DNA of 54,434 nucleotides, filler included, from Sphacelaria rigidula (taxonomy: Eukaryota): the NCBI GenBank assembly GCA_964200075.2. It is 5 parts of 5 records of this genome, joined end to end, with 100 filler letters (N's around TTAATTAATTAA, not from the genome) between each part and the next. Parts side by side here need not be neighbours in the genome. Positions count along the whole stretch, not along the records: positions 32,723 to 43,528 come from CAXNAA020005878.1; positions 43,629 to 54,434 come from CAXNAA020005879.1; 3 more parts are not named here. The stretch is one strand, 5' to 3'. The notes under the pieces are model-generated. The model saw only the letters and a program-made list of their open reading frames with translations, made no database searches and was not told the DNA's origin. The number at the start of each line of letters is the position of its first letter. Position 1 is the first letter of the stretch. Both the position numbers and the translations under genes were made by a program. Shown here piece by piece: positions 33,233 through 46,878 of this stretch.

Positions 33233-36200
33233 GTATCGATCGGTACTGTCTGTACTGTGATTTACTTACTCTGTGTTGGGATGGCAATCAGTTCTGCACC
33301 GTACCAAGTGTACATAGCACGTGACAGTTTTGAGGACTGACTCGGCCGAACAAACGGACGCCATCCGGGTTTGCTAGAAAGTGCGCACCCAAACAATAAA
33401 ATCCACCATTCTACGAAGCAATGTATGTCGTCCTATTACAGTACCTCGTCTAGTCTCACGAGAGGGCAGCCAGGTTGCTCTATAGCTGATAGCGGGTATC
33501 CGACCGACTGTGCGATCGTCGTGAGTGAATAATACGACGTAGGGGACGGGGGGAACGTCGGTAGGTGAGCTGAACCTGAGAGCACCGACCGGCCGCCTGG
33601 TTGAAAATATCAGCGGGTGAATCCAGCCGTGGAAGCGGATTTGACACTATATTGGGTGCTGCGTTCTGCTGCAGGGTACCGCGGAGGATCGTACTGACCG
33701 TGTCAGCACAGCATGTGCACAGCAACAGTACAGTGCAGTCAAGAGAGCGCAAGAGCGTTGTCTACGACTGTTCTCTCGTCTGTTATAATGTAACGTGCTG
33801 TGTGTGCTGTCTTCAACGAGTGTAGCGACAGGACGAATCGCCAGGCTTTCGGGAGCTGAATTTTGTACTTTTTTTTCAGAACCCACCGCCATGATCAATG
33901 GGCTCTCTCAGATATCGAGCTCCTTCCGTGTAGCCGATTTGGTCCACCTCTGGCCTGGGGCTCAAGCTCTACCTTCTATCTTGGATCTGCGGAGTTTGCG
34001 GATACACGAAAAAAAAAAACACAAAATATCACTGGAACATGACATCCGGTATTGTATGCAGGCGGGAACCCTCCTTGTCATGGTGTGTCGGTACCGTACT
34101 GTCTGTGGATTGTGATCCTGTTCGCAACCCCCAATGGCTGAGGCTTCCTGCAGACGCAGTTCTTGATCTCGTCAACATTGGTGGGAACGGGAGGATTTTC
34201 AGCAGCAGTGAGGGAGTGAGGGAGAGAGGAAGCCATATACTCTTCCCTTGTTTGCCAAGCTCGGCCGGGTTCGTACGTTTGTCTCTCGTGGGAGCTGAAC
34301 CCGGGAAGCGTCGATTCTGTGTTGTTTTGTTGAGGTGAGAGATGTCTTTGTCGTGGAGACTCAGATGTACTGAAGACGCCTTAACTTGTAGGTCACGTTC
34401 TGCCGCATTGCATGTGCTTGTCATCATCGGGATTGTGCCCCATATCCACAGCTGAAGCTCTGTCTGTTCTCAACGGTCTCGGTCGCAACCTTTCCTTCCG
34501 TCTTTAATTTCGAAGTCTCTTCAGCGTTTGTATAGCCAAACCTCACAGCAGTTTTGGTCGCAACCTCCTATATATTTTTGGTATAAACATTTTGTACACG
34601 CTGCGTGTTGCTCTTCACTAGTGGCATCGGTCGGTTCCACTCGAGCAGGCATACAACTGCTTTGCATTTCGTTGCTCCATCGAACCAACTTGAGGTGATG
34701 AGAATTAGGGTATTGTGGGTTGTCGACGCATTGGCAGCAGACTTCGTCCGATTTTTCTTCTTTCAAATGTTGTGCTCCTCTCGTCTCGAGTAGTGCTGTG
34801 AATTCGGATTTTGAAGTTTGTCAAATTATTCAAACCAATCTCACGGGGCGGGGCGGTCTAGCGTGCAAATCAGATGTGATCAACAGATGAACTCAGTAAA
34901 AAAAAAGAAAAAAGGTCATCAACCTCACAACAACACTTATGCGATGCAGTATTGTACTTCCTGTCTGTGCCGAGTTCAAATACGCACACACTCTCAGCTC
35001 GAGTATTGCCAGTCAACCCCGTGAGGCTCCTCGTGTTGTGCGACGTGCTGTACCTTCCTGTGGTCTAGTGTTCTCGTGTCGTGTCCATCTTCTTGCATTT
35101 TCATATTTTCCAATATTTCGGGTTGTGTCGGTTCTATAATTTTCGTCCTGCCCAGTTCGACCAACTCAACTGTGAGTATAATGGGCAGACGTCCAGGCTC
35201 TCTTCTGCTCTGTCTGGTTTACACAAGGCATCTAGTATAGTTGCCACCAAGATACTTACGGGGATCGCACGCTTTCAGACGTGAGATCTATAGTGTTTCA
35301 AACCCCCATGTATTGCACGGAAACCAACCCACACAGGCACAATACCTGACTTCGGATGCATACCTACCATCCCCCCCTTTTTTGTGTTTCACTGTCGCGT
35401 GATAATCTCATGGCGCCAAGTGGAGCAGCAGTAAGGGAGCACTGAGCCCAGCAGTCACTGGACTCATGGAGGGTGACGAGGAAACGACGGAGGCACAGTG
35501 AGTGCTTCGGGGGTCCATCTAGGTTTGCTGTTTGCGCCTGTAGTGTCTTGCATCCAACACGTGCCGACATGCACAAGAGTGGCTCAATATCTGATGGATA
35601 ACATCTGCAGTTCACGGGAAATCAATCAAGTACAGAGAGGGGACTGGCAATGGACTAGCAATAAGAGAGGCACTAGCCCAAATACTCCAGGTTATCTGTT
35701 TCTTCTGTTGCCGAGTTGGCGAGGTTCATTCGGACCATCCTACTGGAGATGAAGATCGTGTCCCTTTTTTATGCGGTACGGTTCACATGCGGTACGGTTG
35801 ACGCAGTAAAATCCCAAGTTTTACTTGGATTATGGATTTTTCAACAACGGTGGAGAGTGGAGAGACATCGTGCTGTTGGACTCGGTCCGGCGATGCTCTG
35901 ACAGGCGTAATCCGCTCCTTAGTACTGTTTGCCTCCACTGCGCACAGTAGATACACATACCTCTGACAGGAACGATGTTCAGCGTTTGTGTTCACGGGCG
36001 TCCGCGAAGAGAACTTTTTAGTGCCCGTGATGTCTGGGGTGCGGGCAAATACGCGTACTGATACGCATTCCTGTCTGCACCGTTTCCCTCGTCTAAACTG
36101 ACTGTAAAACCCTAGCACCTGGAAGTGACTGTCTTACAAACAGCTCACCTGAGCGGGTGGCGCTGGCCTCTGTATCTGTAGGCAGGCGGTGATATTCATA

Positions 36201-38648
36201 CGAGAGAGTGTACATGTCTGCAACGACGGGCCTGACACTCGCAGATACATGGTGCATGATCAAAACTGAATGCAGTCGAGAAGATAGTTGATGCGCTTAC
36301 GCCTCGAGGGTTTGTGGAATCGTGAGCGTTGTCAGACTGCGCTCTATGCATTTTATTTTTGACGACGCGTTTGAAGAGGGTTCGCGATCATGGAACAATT
36401 TACATCGGATTTAGCGACATTTACGCCAGAAATTCAACCAGACACCGAGGTAAGGTGACCGCACATGTTTTGTTTCAGAGGTGGGACCTCTTCCGTAGAA
36501 CTCCGACTTTCCGGCATCAACCGTGATACTCTTGTATAACAGTTTGTTGTACACGATACTGTTCCGGAACGGAACTGTACAGTTCGCTGGGCCGCACTGT
36601 TTCAACAGGCGCCCTTTCTGCGACCCGATTTTTTTTTATTCCGGGCTCTTACACTCAAGGAACATGCACAAACTTTCACTCCACTGAACATTACAGTGTA
36701 GTGTACAAGGATCGGATCCAGAGCTGCATTCCACCAGAGGCACAAGTATTCCAACCGCCAGCAGTGACAAAGTGCTTCACATGCGCACTATCGCAGTGAA
36801 ACGTGCTGCAGTACCTACCGCGCTGTTCTCTCACGTGCAGTATCAGTAGTTATCAGTAGTACAGACAGTAGGATACACCTCCCTAAAGTGAAGTACAGTA
36901 CACAACCTTCAAGTATTTACTGCGGGATATTGGCAGTCTCGGCTTCTTCGGCTCTTAACACCTGTCATGAGGGTGGTCGACATGTCGCGCCTAGCTTGGC
37001 CGTCTTTTCCCCTCTGCCCTTGCGGCGGAGGTACTAGTGTTCCTACGGAATCATCACTTTGCTCATCCCCGCCTACCAACCCTTCCTACACTGCTGTCTC
37101 TGACACCAAAAGCACGCTACCAAGAACACGCAGTGGCAGCGGCAGACTGTCTTGGTCAAGGCGCGACGGTCAACGGGGACACAGCCGCTCATGGGCTCGC
37201 ATATCTCTTGGAAGCCTCAATCCGACCAAGCGGCGTGATAAGGAATCACAAGCGGCAGTGCCAGCGAAGGGACGTTCGTCTCCCATCAAGCGGCGCACAA
37301 CGCTTGGCGGAGGCGGCACGGTGAGGGACGATGGAGGCCTTGCGGGGGGCGTGGGAAGCCATTTAGGGAAGCATGGGATCCGCTACTCGATGACGGCGCA
37401 TACGGAGAGCTGGGTGGAAGATTTGAAGCAGGAAGAGGTGCGTGGGTCGGGTATTCTTTCCTCGCATATTCGTGCCTTATGGTGCTGTGTTATCGAAAAC
37501 ACGTGAAGCTAACCCTGAGTACAATCGAACACGCGTAGGACTACTCTAACCGACCATGCTTCTCTCAAGCCCCACAAACACGCTACACCTGTACACTCAT
37601 CAGCGCTAGGTTCATACTCCACCGTGGAGACAAGTGTAGGCGGGTTGAGTCGTACGATGCAGCACTAGCTTTTTCCGGCGTTACTTGTTACTGCCTCGCG
37701 TCTTTTGTTCCTTTTCATCTATGATTTGTATTTCGCCGTGAACTTGTCCTTCTGAATTACATGACAACGGTCAAAATGGTACGTGATGTGCGTATCTCTG
37801 GGTCTTGGGTTTTCGAAGACGTTCGAGCTGTTGCCTGAGCACGAGGTACGGGTACCATTTTGTGATTCCAGAACTGGGGCGCATCCATGACTGTGAAAAA
37901 ATGACGTCTCCAGACGAAACACTCCCCCTGCATAATGTACAACACTACTGACGGTGTCCTGTCCCTGTGTAAAGTGCAGAACCGTTTCGCGCCAAAAGGT
38001 ACTGTTTATCTCATTTCGAGCTGCAAGGGGTAATGGTTCATGTAAGGGAAATATATGCTGCAAGCGCCACCACATCTACTACAGGTTACTTCAACCTTAC
38101 TTTCTCCACTGCTGTACGGCGTTACACCGTGTCTCATTGGACTGAAAACATATAGCAAATAGCAAAGCACGCGTCCGAAAGGAGCATGTCGATTGATCAT
38201 CCCGCGTTGAGATGGGCCCTATGTGACCGTCATTCCGGAACAGTATTACCAAGTCTAGGCTGAAGTGAACAAGTCAGGATACCCAAAGCCCACAAAGTAG
38301 TTCATGGTTGATCCTCTCTGTAGGCACCAATTGTATACCCAAAGCTCACATAGTTGTTCATGGTTGATCCTCTCTGTAAGCACGACTTGTGTTCCATACC
38401 CGAATCATGAGCGATTCTCTGTAAACACGAATTGTACTCTCAAACCGAATGAATCCTCAGGGCGCTTCTTGTGTGCGGACACGATAACACTTTCAAGGAA
38501 CCTATTTGAGTTACTCGACGTCGTCTTCCCACTGAAATAAGTGACCCGGCGGATCGTTCCACTTCGGAAGGACTCGCTCCAGTTACCGAGAGGTTTCTGG
38601 AGTGCTTTTCTGTGATTCGTACGCCCAGTTTGACTTTTGCTTGACAAA

Positions 38649-38956
38649 CCCTCAGACCGCGATGCGGATAGTCTGTATAGATAACGCTATTTTTTCAAGT
38701 GAACTTGATGCCGATTCAGCAGGTGACCTACCCTAGCGGTCAAAGGGATACTGTAACCCTTTGACAACGAGAATAGGTCACCCGCTGAATCAGCAATTTC
38801 ACTTGAAAAAAGTATGTGTACTTGAGATGGACTATCAGCATCGCGGTGTAGGGGTTAACCCTTAGACCGCGAGGGTAGTCTATGTGTATCATCCATACTT
38901 TTTTCAATTGAAATTGATGCCGATTCAACAGCTGACCTACTCTCTCTGTCTAAGGG
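38649..38956. mobile_element. Three adjacent piggyBac-type MITEs (38649-38747, 38757-38854 inverted, 38859-38956)
   Basis: Each unit has CCCT..GAC termini; copies 2 and 3 share a single TTAA at 38855-38858. Confidence 0.85.
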
Positions 38957-39044
38957 TTGATAAACGTTGAGATTTTTTATACGAGGCTGGTCCTCCCCAG
39001 TCTGGCGCAAATTTGCGATGGTTGATGTATAATTTGTTCCCTTC

Positions 39045-39180
39045 AAACCAAAACGCTAACCTCATCCCTGACCCCAACCTATCTCAGGCCGAGAACCCTC
39101 GGGTAAGGGAGGTGGGTGCATAAAGTGGCCCCAGGCAAAGTCTGTTTTGTCTCGGGCGCCGGATGACTTGACCAAATCGC
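39045..39180 (-). repeat. Dispersed repeat with telomere-like hexamers (partner of 12990-13105)
   Basis: AAACCAAAACGCTAACCTCATCCCTGACCCCAACCT..GGCCGAGAACCCTCGGG. Confidence 0.6.
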
Positions 39181-42082
39181 ATGCTGAGCACGCTGGGTGC
39201 ACGCTGTGATCGTGAACCCTGTAAATATACGACTTCGATCTTTACACTCAAACCAAATGCTCGACCATCGCTCACTTTTGCCGAACGGTGGTAACACTCT
39301 CCTGTTTCATACAACTCCAAAAATCCGTCGAGTTCGGCATCCTGTCCCATGGACAGCCTCATATATTCACAGGAGAAACGATCATTTTTCGTTTTCATGA
39401 GATATCGCTTCTCTTGCTAGAAGTACAACTGGATGCACTCGAATATCTGGCGCGTGTGCTAGAAGTTTCTCGTAAAGTGCAAAACACTTACTCGGGTGCC
39501 ACAATCTGCTCAGGCATGTTGCCGGGGTAAAAATCGGCGCCGAATCGCCAAAGTGAGTTTTTTTTCGGAGAAATTTCTTTCATATGTTCAGTGTAACAAG
39601 ACAGTTTTCCAATCGCGCGTTTCGAGCGACAATTTTCGAAGAAATTCGAGCCAAAATAGGAACCAGTGACCGCAGTGGTCGCCAGAAGAAGACAGGGAAA
39701 AAATCGAGGATACAATCTCTGCTCTTGATTCCTAGTCGTCTTAATAGCGACATTTTTGCGAATCCGCTGCATGGGCAAAAATCGACAAAAAACTGTATCT
39801 CGTGAATTATCGTCTTCACAGGAAAACGAAATAAAACGGTTGGCGGTGTCGATGATTTGAAGTGTTTGCTGCACTGTTTTAAAATCAACCAGTAGGGTAT
39901 CGCGAAAAGCAGCGCACATTATTTTTTCCTTAACGAGCAGTGAGACGCAGGTATAAATAGAAAACGAAAAATACTTCTGGTCAATATCTGCGCTTTGAGG
40001 CGGAGAGCTTCACGGTGCTTCGGGATTTCGAAATAGCCAACGCCATGTCGAGAAAAATGTACGTATGTGGGGTGTGACGGCATGGAAATTTGTCTTACAC
40101 GGACCATACGTGCAGTATACTCGAAAAAAGCGCGGCCTCACTCCACTACAAACAGCCGGAAGTCCTGGATAATTTCCTGAGGCAAACGGAAACAAAAGAG
40201 TGAAAAATTTGGCGAGTGAGGGGCGCTTTGGCCTTTCAGCCTCATGAATATCCGAATCTTCTGCCGATCAAACTACGGAACTAGATAAAGAAAACTCGAA
40301 AGGGTTGAATTTTGCGCGTCTGCGCTGAAATCCTGCCGAAAAGCATCAAACATACCTGCAGTAGCCTTTCTTGGGATGGGTAGCAACGGGGGTGTCAGGG
40401 CTTGGTGGGTGTCGAGAGGGAGAGGGAAAGTGGGGGTCAGGGAGTAAGGTGGTGATGTCTGCCAGGAATGATACCAGGGAGATGATGGGGGTCCCGGCCG
40501 TTACTAAAGCTGTAATGGCGATGCTTACTCACGTCGTGGATATGAAGTCCTATGAAAACCAAAGCTATAGGCCTCCGGAGTAACAGTAGTAATGTCTTGC
40601 GCGGCAAGCAAGGTGTGCGCGCAGACGCCATCGCCGCTGCCTCTCATTCTGATAACGTCGTCTTACTTTTTTTGCTAAAGCCGGGGGGGAAGGTCAGCAG
40701 GGGAGGCAGACTGCAAAATGGATGGTAAAAGGGTTGTTGCCTTGTGTATCATGTTCTCGTACCAAACAAATCTGCTTCGGCGGTAGGTATATACCTACTC
40801 TGTTCCTTAACTGAAGGTCCTTATCGGGGGCAGATCTTATGTCGCCAATGGAGTTGCCGAAGATGCTAAACTTGGGTTTGCTGAAAAGCTATTGATTCGG
40901 TGATGCTCATAAAAATAAAGATGAAACCCGAGTCGGACTGCCTGAGAATTAGTGGATCAAAAAGTGGGAAACTTTGCGGGCTTCGGGGATTTTTTTCATG
41001 TTGGTGAGCGATAACGACTTTGGTGTGGGGCATTATTATGATTGTGTGGAGCATACCCGGGTTTTTGCGCGGCAGAAGGCAGGAAAGTTAGAAAGGGTGG
41101 TGGAATATGATCAGGGAAAATTTACGAAGACCGGGGAGTACCTGGCATCAAGCCCAAGTGACGGCGAGGACGATTAACGATTTTTTCTTGTGTTTTTTCG
41201 ACACTTTGTTGTCCAGGGGCGAAATACGACCTTTTGGGGGCCGACTGCTTTTTTTTCGGCCGTTCATGCATCCAGGGTGGTGCGTGCAAGAGAAAAAAAA
41301 TATGGGTTCCAACAAAAAAAAATACCGAAGATTGATGAAAAAGGCGCCTACGGCGTCGGACACCTTCAAGGATCTGTATAATCATAAGGACCTTTACACC
41401 CCCCTTTACTTACGGGACAGATGAAGTAGTACGGAAAGTACAGTGTGGTAATCCCCCATCTGTAGCCCGGGGCTGAAGAATTAGCTAGAACATACGCAAG
41501 TATGTGTGGACAGTAGTATCACCTGTACGACGCACCGTTCACGGCAGGCCCTCGTGACACTTCAACGATAAGCAGCGCAGACAGAGCAGTGCGATTAAGA
41601 GCCAGTACTGTATCCCTGTTTTTGCTTGTGTCGCGTTTTGCGAGTTTCCGTCTGGATTTTTTTTTTTTGCTAGCCTGTGACCACGGAAGGCGTCCGCATC
41701 AGATGCCCAGTACGAATGTACCGCGCAGATATCGGAACGGTTTTTCATGTGAAGACAACAACAACTGTAACATATACTGCGCTTGCTGACTGTGCACTGA
41801 ATGGCCCTTTACCCGTACCCGGCTGAGGAGAAGGCGTGCAACGGTCCGCGAAACTCCGTGATGAAGAGTGAAGACTGCGTGTGAAACATAATCGCAAGTG
41901 CCCTCGTTCCATAGCAGGGGTTCGATGTGGGTGTGTCATTATTAGTAGTAAGTGCCAGCGTGAAGACGACAACACACAGCCACACCTACAGCCACAGCTC
42001 CGCGCGTCATGCTTGTTTAACAACACCAACATTGACCAAGATCTCGCCCTGCATGTTATCTGCGCGGAGCGGATGGAGTTAA

Positions 42083-42167
42083 CCCTTTGACCGCGAGCAT
42101 AGGTCACCTGTTGCCCACTTGAAAAAACTTTACATGAACCAGATGGACTACCCTCGCAGCCAAGGGG
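42083..42167. mobile_element. piggyBac-type MITE, degenerate
   Basis: TTAA|CCCTTTGACCGCGAG..GGACTACCCTCGCAGCCAAGGGG. Confidence 0.75.
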
Positions 42168-43528
42168 TCTGTTTACACGCAGAAATATAACGCCCTTGTC
42201 TTGACCGATACTGTAGATTAATAGCCCCCCCTTGTACACCAGCTCTTTCCTGGCCTTTTTCCTGCACAAAATTGACCAGTGCGGTATATTATGAGCGGTA
42301 TCGATACGGCACCCTGGGTCAAAATCAGCTCATGGAGATTACGATGAGGGAGGATGATTCGGCGAACACCTCATTGTGGGGCCCCTCATGATCCCGTGCG
42401 AATGTCTTGTGCTCGATTATCGTCACAAAATGTACCGTATTCTACTCTGTACGTAGGGGCATCATTTGTTCGTTCCTATATTCTTTCGACTTCAGCTTCG
42501 ACCACTTTTTATTGGAAGAGGCGGGGGGGGGGGTGGGGGCACTGAAAGACGGCGATGATATCTGCGGCGAAATGATACTCAGTCCGTCAACACGTTTGTC
42601 ACCCTTGTGCAGGGCGCGTAACATTGCACAGAAGGATGTATGAGCACGGTAACCCGGCAGATAAATGCAGGATTGTCGATAGATACCTTTATAGATCGGC
42701 AATTTGATGTATCCGCAAGTTATGAAGGTTTCATGTCATGGAAGAGGGGAACGGTAGTATCCATTTGGTGTTCCCCCTGTAATAGTCATAGGCATCCCAT
42801 GTTGACCTCTCGCGAGATGGTCGACTTCGAACGCAAAAACAAGCACAGCAGCGTGACAGATGGAATGCTAAGCTGTCGAAAAAAACCCTCAATTAAACCT
42901 TTGGGAACGCTCCCCTTCCGTCCCCGGCCCAAACGCCTCATTATTCCAAGCCCTGACAAAGAAGAAAGATGGGAACAGGAAAGAACGACGGCAATCGTTT
43001 TCACGACGGAAGGCCACAGAAGAATCCGCCAGCATACGTCATGCGCGCACCAAAAATGTCACTCCGTTGCGGCCGGATTAGTTTAATCTGATGAGGGACG
43101 CAACGGGTCAAGTTTGTTCAAATTTGTGCACACGGCCAAAATCAGCAGTTGCGTCCGTAAAGTCTGTACAAACCAGAATCGGTGCCAGCTGTCTATTTTC
43201 TACTTAACAAATCCCGTGCGGCACTGGGGCCCATTTTTATACGGGTCTGAAAAACACGGATCGGACTTGTAGTATTCCAGGAAAGCTGTAGATGCTCAAC
43301 CATATGTTGCTAGAAGAACAGCACCTCGAAATCCACACTTTTCCATGACCTGTACCAAAAGGGTTAAGCGAGGGATTCAAGAGTTATCTAAAAAAGAAAT
43401 GGTGGTCCGGCAGGGGTGTTTGTTGTTGTTGTTGTTGGGGGGGGGGGGGGGGACGAGCATGAATGATTGAAAACTCCTGCGTATGAAGAGATCTCTCATG
43501 AGATTTCCTCTCACCCCCCACCCCGGAG

Positions 43529-43628
43529 NNNNNNNNNNNNNNNNNNNNNNNNNNNNNNNNNNNNNNNNNNNNTTAATTAATTAANNNNNNNNNNNNNNNN
43601 NNNNNNNNNNNNNNNNNNNNNNNNNNNN
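43529..43628. other. Artificial contig linker
   Basis: N44-TTAATTAATTAA-N44. Confidence 0.99.
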
Positions 43629-45677
43629 CGATCTAAATTGATCGTGTAGGTGACAGCTTTCATTGAAGCCACCGCTTCACCAGCTGGGTACACTTCTCCT
43701 CGAACTGTGGTGATGTCAATATCAACGGGAAAGTCAATTGTTTCGGGTCTCACTCTGAATCCGATGTTACACTCTGAATCTCACGAATATAGTTTTATTA
43801 GTGCCTGAAACAGTTTCAGTTCCGAAATCCCCCCCCAGGCGTAAAAATGCTTTGTGCGGCATCTCACCAACCAGACCGCCGAATTCCTCGAACGGGGTAC
43901 TGTACGGTAACTGCATGCACAGGACGTGTGCTCAAGCAAAAACAAAATGCCTGTAAGGAACGCTAGAGCATCCACTCTGAATCCGATATATTACGCTCTG
44001 AATCTCACGAATATGGTGTTATATATATTATATGGGGTTGTACAGCTAACCCCCGGCTATTCTTGTTCCGACGGAAGGGCTGCCAGACAGTGTGTCTGGT
44101 AGTAACCCGATGCCAATCTCTCCGCCAGTGCTCCTCCGATGGCATCGTCATCGACACTCTTGTACAATACACCGAGTCGAGTGCACCGAGCCAGACCTAC
44201 CTGCCTAGCGTCTGACACGAATGTGGGAGCCGAAAGTGCTCTCCTGGCCCAAACTATTGTGGTGGAAATGGCGAAGCTTCTAAACGCATTTTCAACTTCG
44301 CCGCGACGTTGAACCCCGTTTTCGAGGAGACCCTCTTTTCGACCGATTGATGGATTCTCGCGGATACATTTATCGGCTGCGAAACTAGCCGTAGCCGCAA
44401 GTTAGACGTACATGTATATATATATATATATATATCAACAAAGGGGAACGGTGAAATAAGGAAAGGCCAGCGCACGGAGGTCAAGAAGTAAAAGACGAGA
44501 AAAAAAAATAGAAGGGAAGGGAAAGGAAAGATCAGAAGGAGAGAAAGGCAAGAAAAGCGCCGCGCTAAATTTAGTATGGGTCTCAAGCGAGAAAAAACGG
44601 CGTCCCCCCGCCGCATGGCTTGAGGTAAGGAGACCGTACAACTAAAATACAAAACAAACAAGGCCACGGAAGCAGGTTGCGATTCAGGTATCTGGGGACC
44701 GCACTGTGTTCAGGCGGGAACTCTCTCTCACGAGCACTGTAGGAGGGAGCCACAAGCACTGAGACGGCCCTAAAAAAGGGAAAGCAGTTTTCCATTTTCT
44801 TGGATACATCGCAAATGAATATTTTTAGCGAAGAAACAACCCCTCAGTTACCGTTTGAAAAAATCTATATCTACCACCGGTGGCCACCGGTTTTATTTTA
44901 GCACCATGGGTGTCAACCGATGGGTTTTTCCTGCCACCAATTGCATCCTCTTTCCTCGGCCTGTTGAGCTCCCTGGGGAGCGCAGCATTGGTTCGGCGCG
45001 AGATAGCATGAATAGGGTGGTGCATGTAAGCGGCCTGTGCCAAACTTGGGGTTGGGATTGAAGCACCCTGCTACTGCTGTAGCACGCGGCGTGAGTAAAG
45101 TGATGGGTAGACAACGGGCGAGATTCATGGATGATCCTACGCTGTGCGATTGTTTCTTGTGTGATTTGGAGATACAAATTTGCGGGGAGGTTCATGTCCA
45201 CAAGATACATACGGCGATCACGTGGGGATCTTGAGGCAGGCGAGCGTACATATTGTCATCGTACATCTTCTGCTGCTGCCCTATAACCGAAACCGGAGCA
45301 AAGGAAGACCTTATTTGTCTTGTATCTTCATTCCTACCTGCCTTGACATCAAGGTTGATTTAGTTTAGTCTAGTTGAGACTAGCCTAGTCTAGTCTAGTT
45401 CAGCCTAGTGTACACCCCGTCCCTTATTGTCCATTCCCCCTTTGCCCCTATTTTCCTGCAGTGTCGTAGATCAACAGACTCCACAGCACTTGTTGCAACT
45501 ACGACACCCTCTTAGGGCGTGCACGTTGTGTACCGTGAGGTAGTTGTGCAGTGCTGGATTGCATGAAGACCGCACGATGGACACGGCCCAAGGTCCTAGT
45601 GGGCTTACACCAGCAATCACTGTGGGTCACCCTGTTGGGCTACACTGGAGGAAGGGGCGCACGCGCGCGGGTGGGAT

Positions 45678-45806
45678 GTACTCATGATCCTGCGTGTCGC
45701 AGTCATAAGACTGTTGACCTCGCATCCTCTCACAAAGCCGGGACGGAACACGCCGAGTTTTCACCGGACCAGGCTCACAATAACCAAGTGCGAAGCGTCG
45801 TGGTGA
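45678..45806 (-). mobile_element. Family C element
   Basis: GTACTCATGATC..TTGACCTCGCATCC..GGGACGGAACACGCCGAGTTTTCACCGGACCAGGCTC next to GGGTGGG. Confidence 0.8.
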
Positions 45807-46199
45807 CGAGGGTATGTGCGTTTAGAGGAAGACACATCAAGAGGAATGATTCGCAATTAGAGTATATCGTTATTGCTATTCCAAGACGACTAAGAAGGGG
45901 TGGACAACCTTTTTCTCTTCTCAGGTTAGTTTCGGTTTCAGCAAAAGAGCAGAGACACAATGGCGCTACTCAACAATTACACATAGTACCGTTCAATCGC
46001 CGTTTGAGACCACACGAATAAACTGCAAGGAAACCGGCAAGTACTTTATATCCAGTCTAGTTTTTCTGGATCAATAACTCGCAATCAGCGCTGTTGCCCT
46101 GTTTTGGATTTGAAAAAAATGGTACCACAAACTTAAGGACAAAGCAGATCGGGGACCATTTCTAGTTGTCTGAGGTATTGACCTGAGCGACAGACTTCG

Positions 46200-46460
46200 T
46201 CACCACACCTGTAGCAGCTGTTCAAAGCCCTCACTCGGGGAAGCACTGCACCTTGTCTACTACTCCAGTCCAACACCCTTCGTCGAGGTTGCATAAATCC
46301 CTAAATCCTTGATTCTCCAAGAAATGGTCTCCAATCTCGAAAAAGCAGATAGCATGACTCTCACTACTCACTGCAATTTGCTGTCTACAAATCGTATACA
46401 AAAAGACTAGCACGGCAGAGTACCGTCCATTCCTCTCCCTTGATCGGCATTTCATCACTT
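46200..46460 (-). pseudogene. Possible degenerate copia RT fragment
   Basis: Minus strand, with frameshifts, gives RERNG..LFVYDL..IKDLG, resembling LYVDDL..F.MKDLG. Confidence 0.35.
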
Positions 46461-46878
46461 TACTCGCGTCATATAGGCGACGGTACGGACGGTGGTTGAG
46501 CCCCTCAACTTTTGCACAAGCGACTAACGGGGACCTCCTTAATCATGTTTTGCCTCCTCGTAGTCATGCTGCATTGCCTAGGGGGTCTACGAGGTAATTT
46601 TGTAGAACATAGGACCCAGAATGATGGTAGAAAAACTCGGTCGCCACGGGTGGCAAAAACATCACTGTCTACTGCGAGTTTACAGTTCAGCGTAGATTAC
46701 ACTTCAGTACAGATGTGCGATCGTACGCGCAACATTGTGCCGCGTCTAAGGGTCGGAGAGAAAGAACGAACGTGAATAAAATGGAGGCGAGCGCATGCAG
46801 CAATAAATAGCGTATACTCGCCAAGACTGATGTCGCCCCACCAAGTTTCGGTTTGGTTCTTGTTGTCGTAGTTGGCAG

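Larger units (their letters stand above)
36967..42790 (+). pseudogene. Decayed intron-containing PPP-family (PP2A/PP4/PP6-like) Ser/Thr phosphatase
   Basis: Motif remnants in the correct order: exon 36967-37437 (..SWVEDLKQEE), 37819-37845 (TFELLPEHE), 37956-38029 (VLSLCK..), 38461- (ALLVCG..FK/NLFELLDV, frameshift), 40362- (*PFLGWVATG for YLFLGDYVDRG), 40594-40612 (VLRGKQ for LRGNHE), ~42365 (TPHCGAPHD for VPHEGPMCD), 42724-42780 (EGFMSWKRGTVVSIWCSP for EGY..VVTIWSAP). Contains stops and frameshifts; aligned by eye only. Confidence 0.6.

Noticed and set aside
33790-34570. Possible minus-strand coding region
   Set aside because: Short protein-like stretches switch frames with stops; no consistent splice model or motif.
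43751-44021. ~47-bp direct repeats as mini-LTRs
   Set aside because: No TG..CA termini, primer-binding site or polypurine tract; more likely a local duplication.
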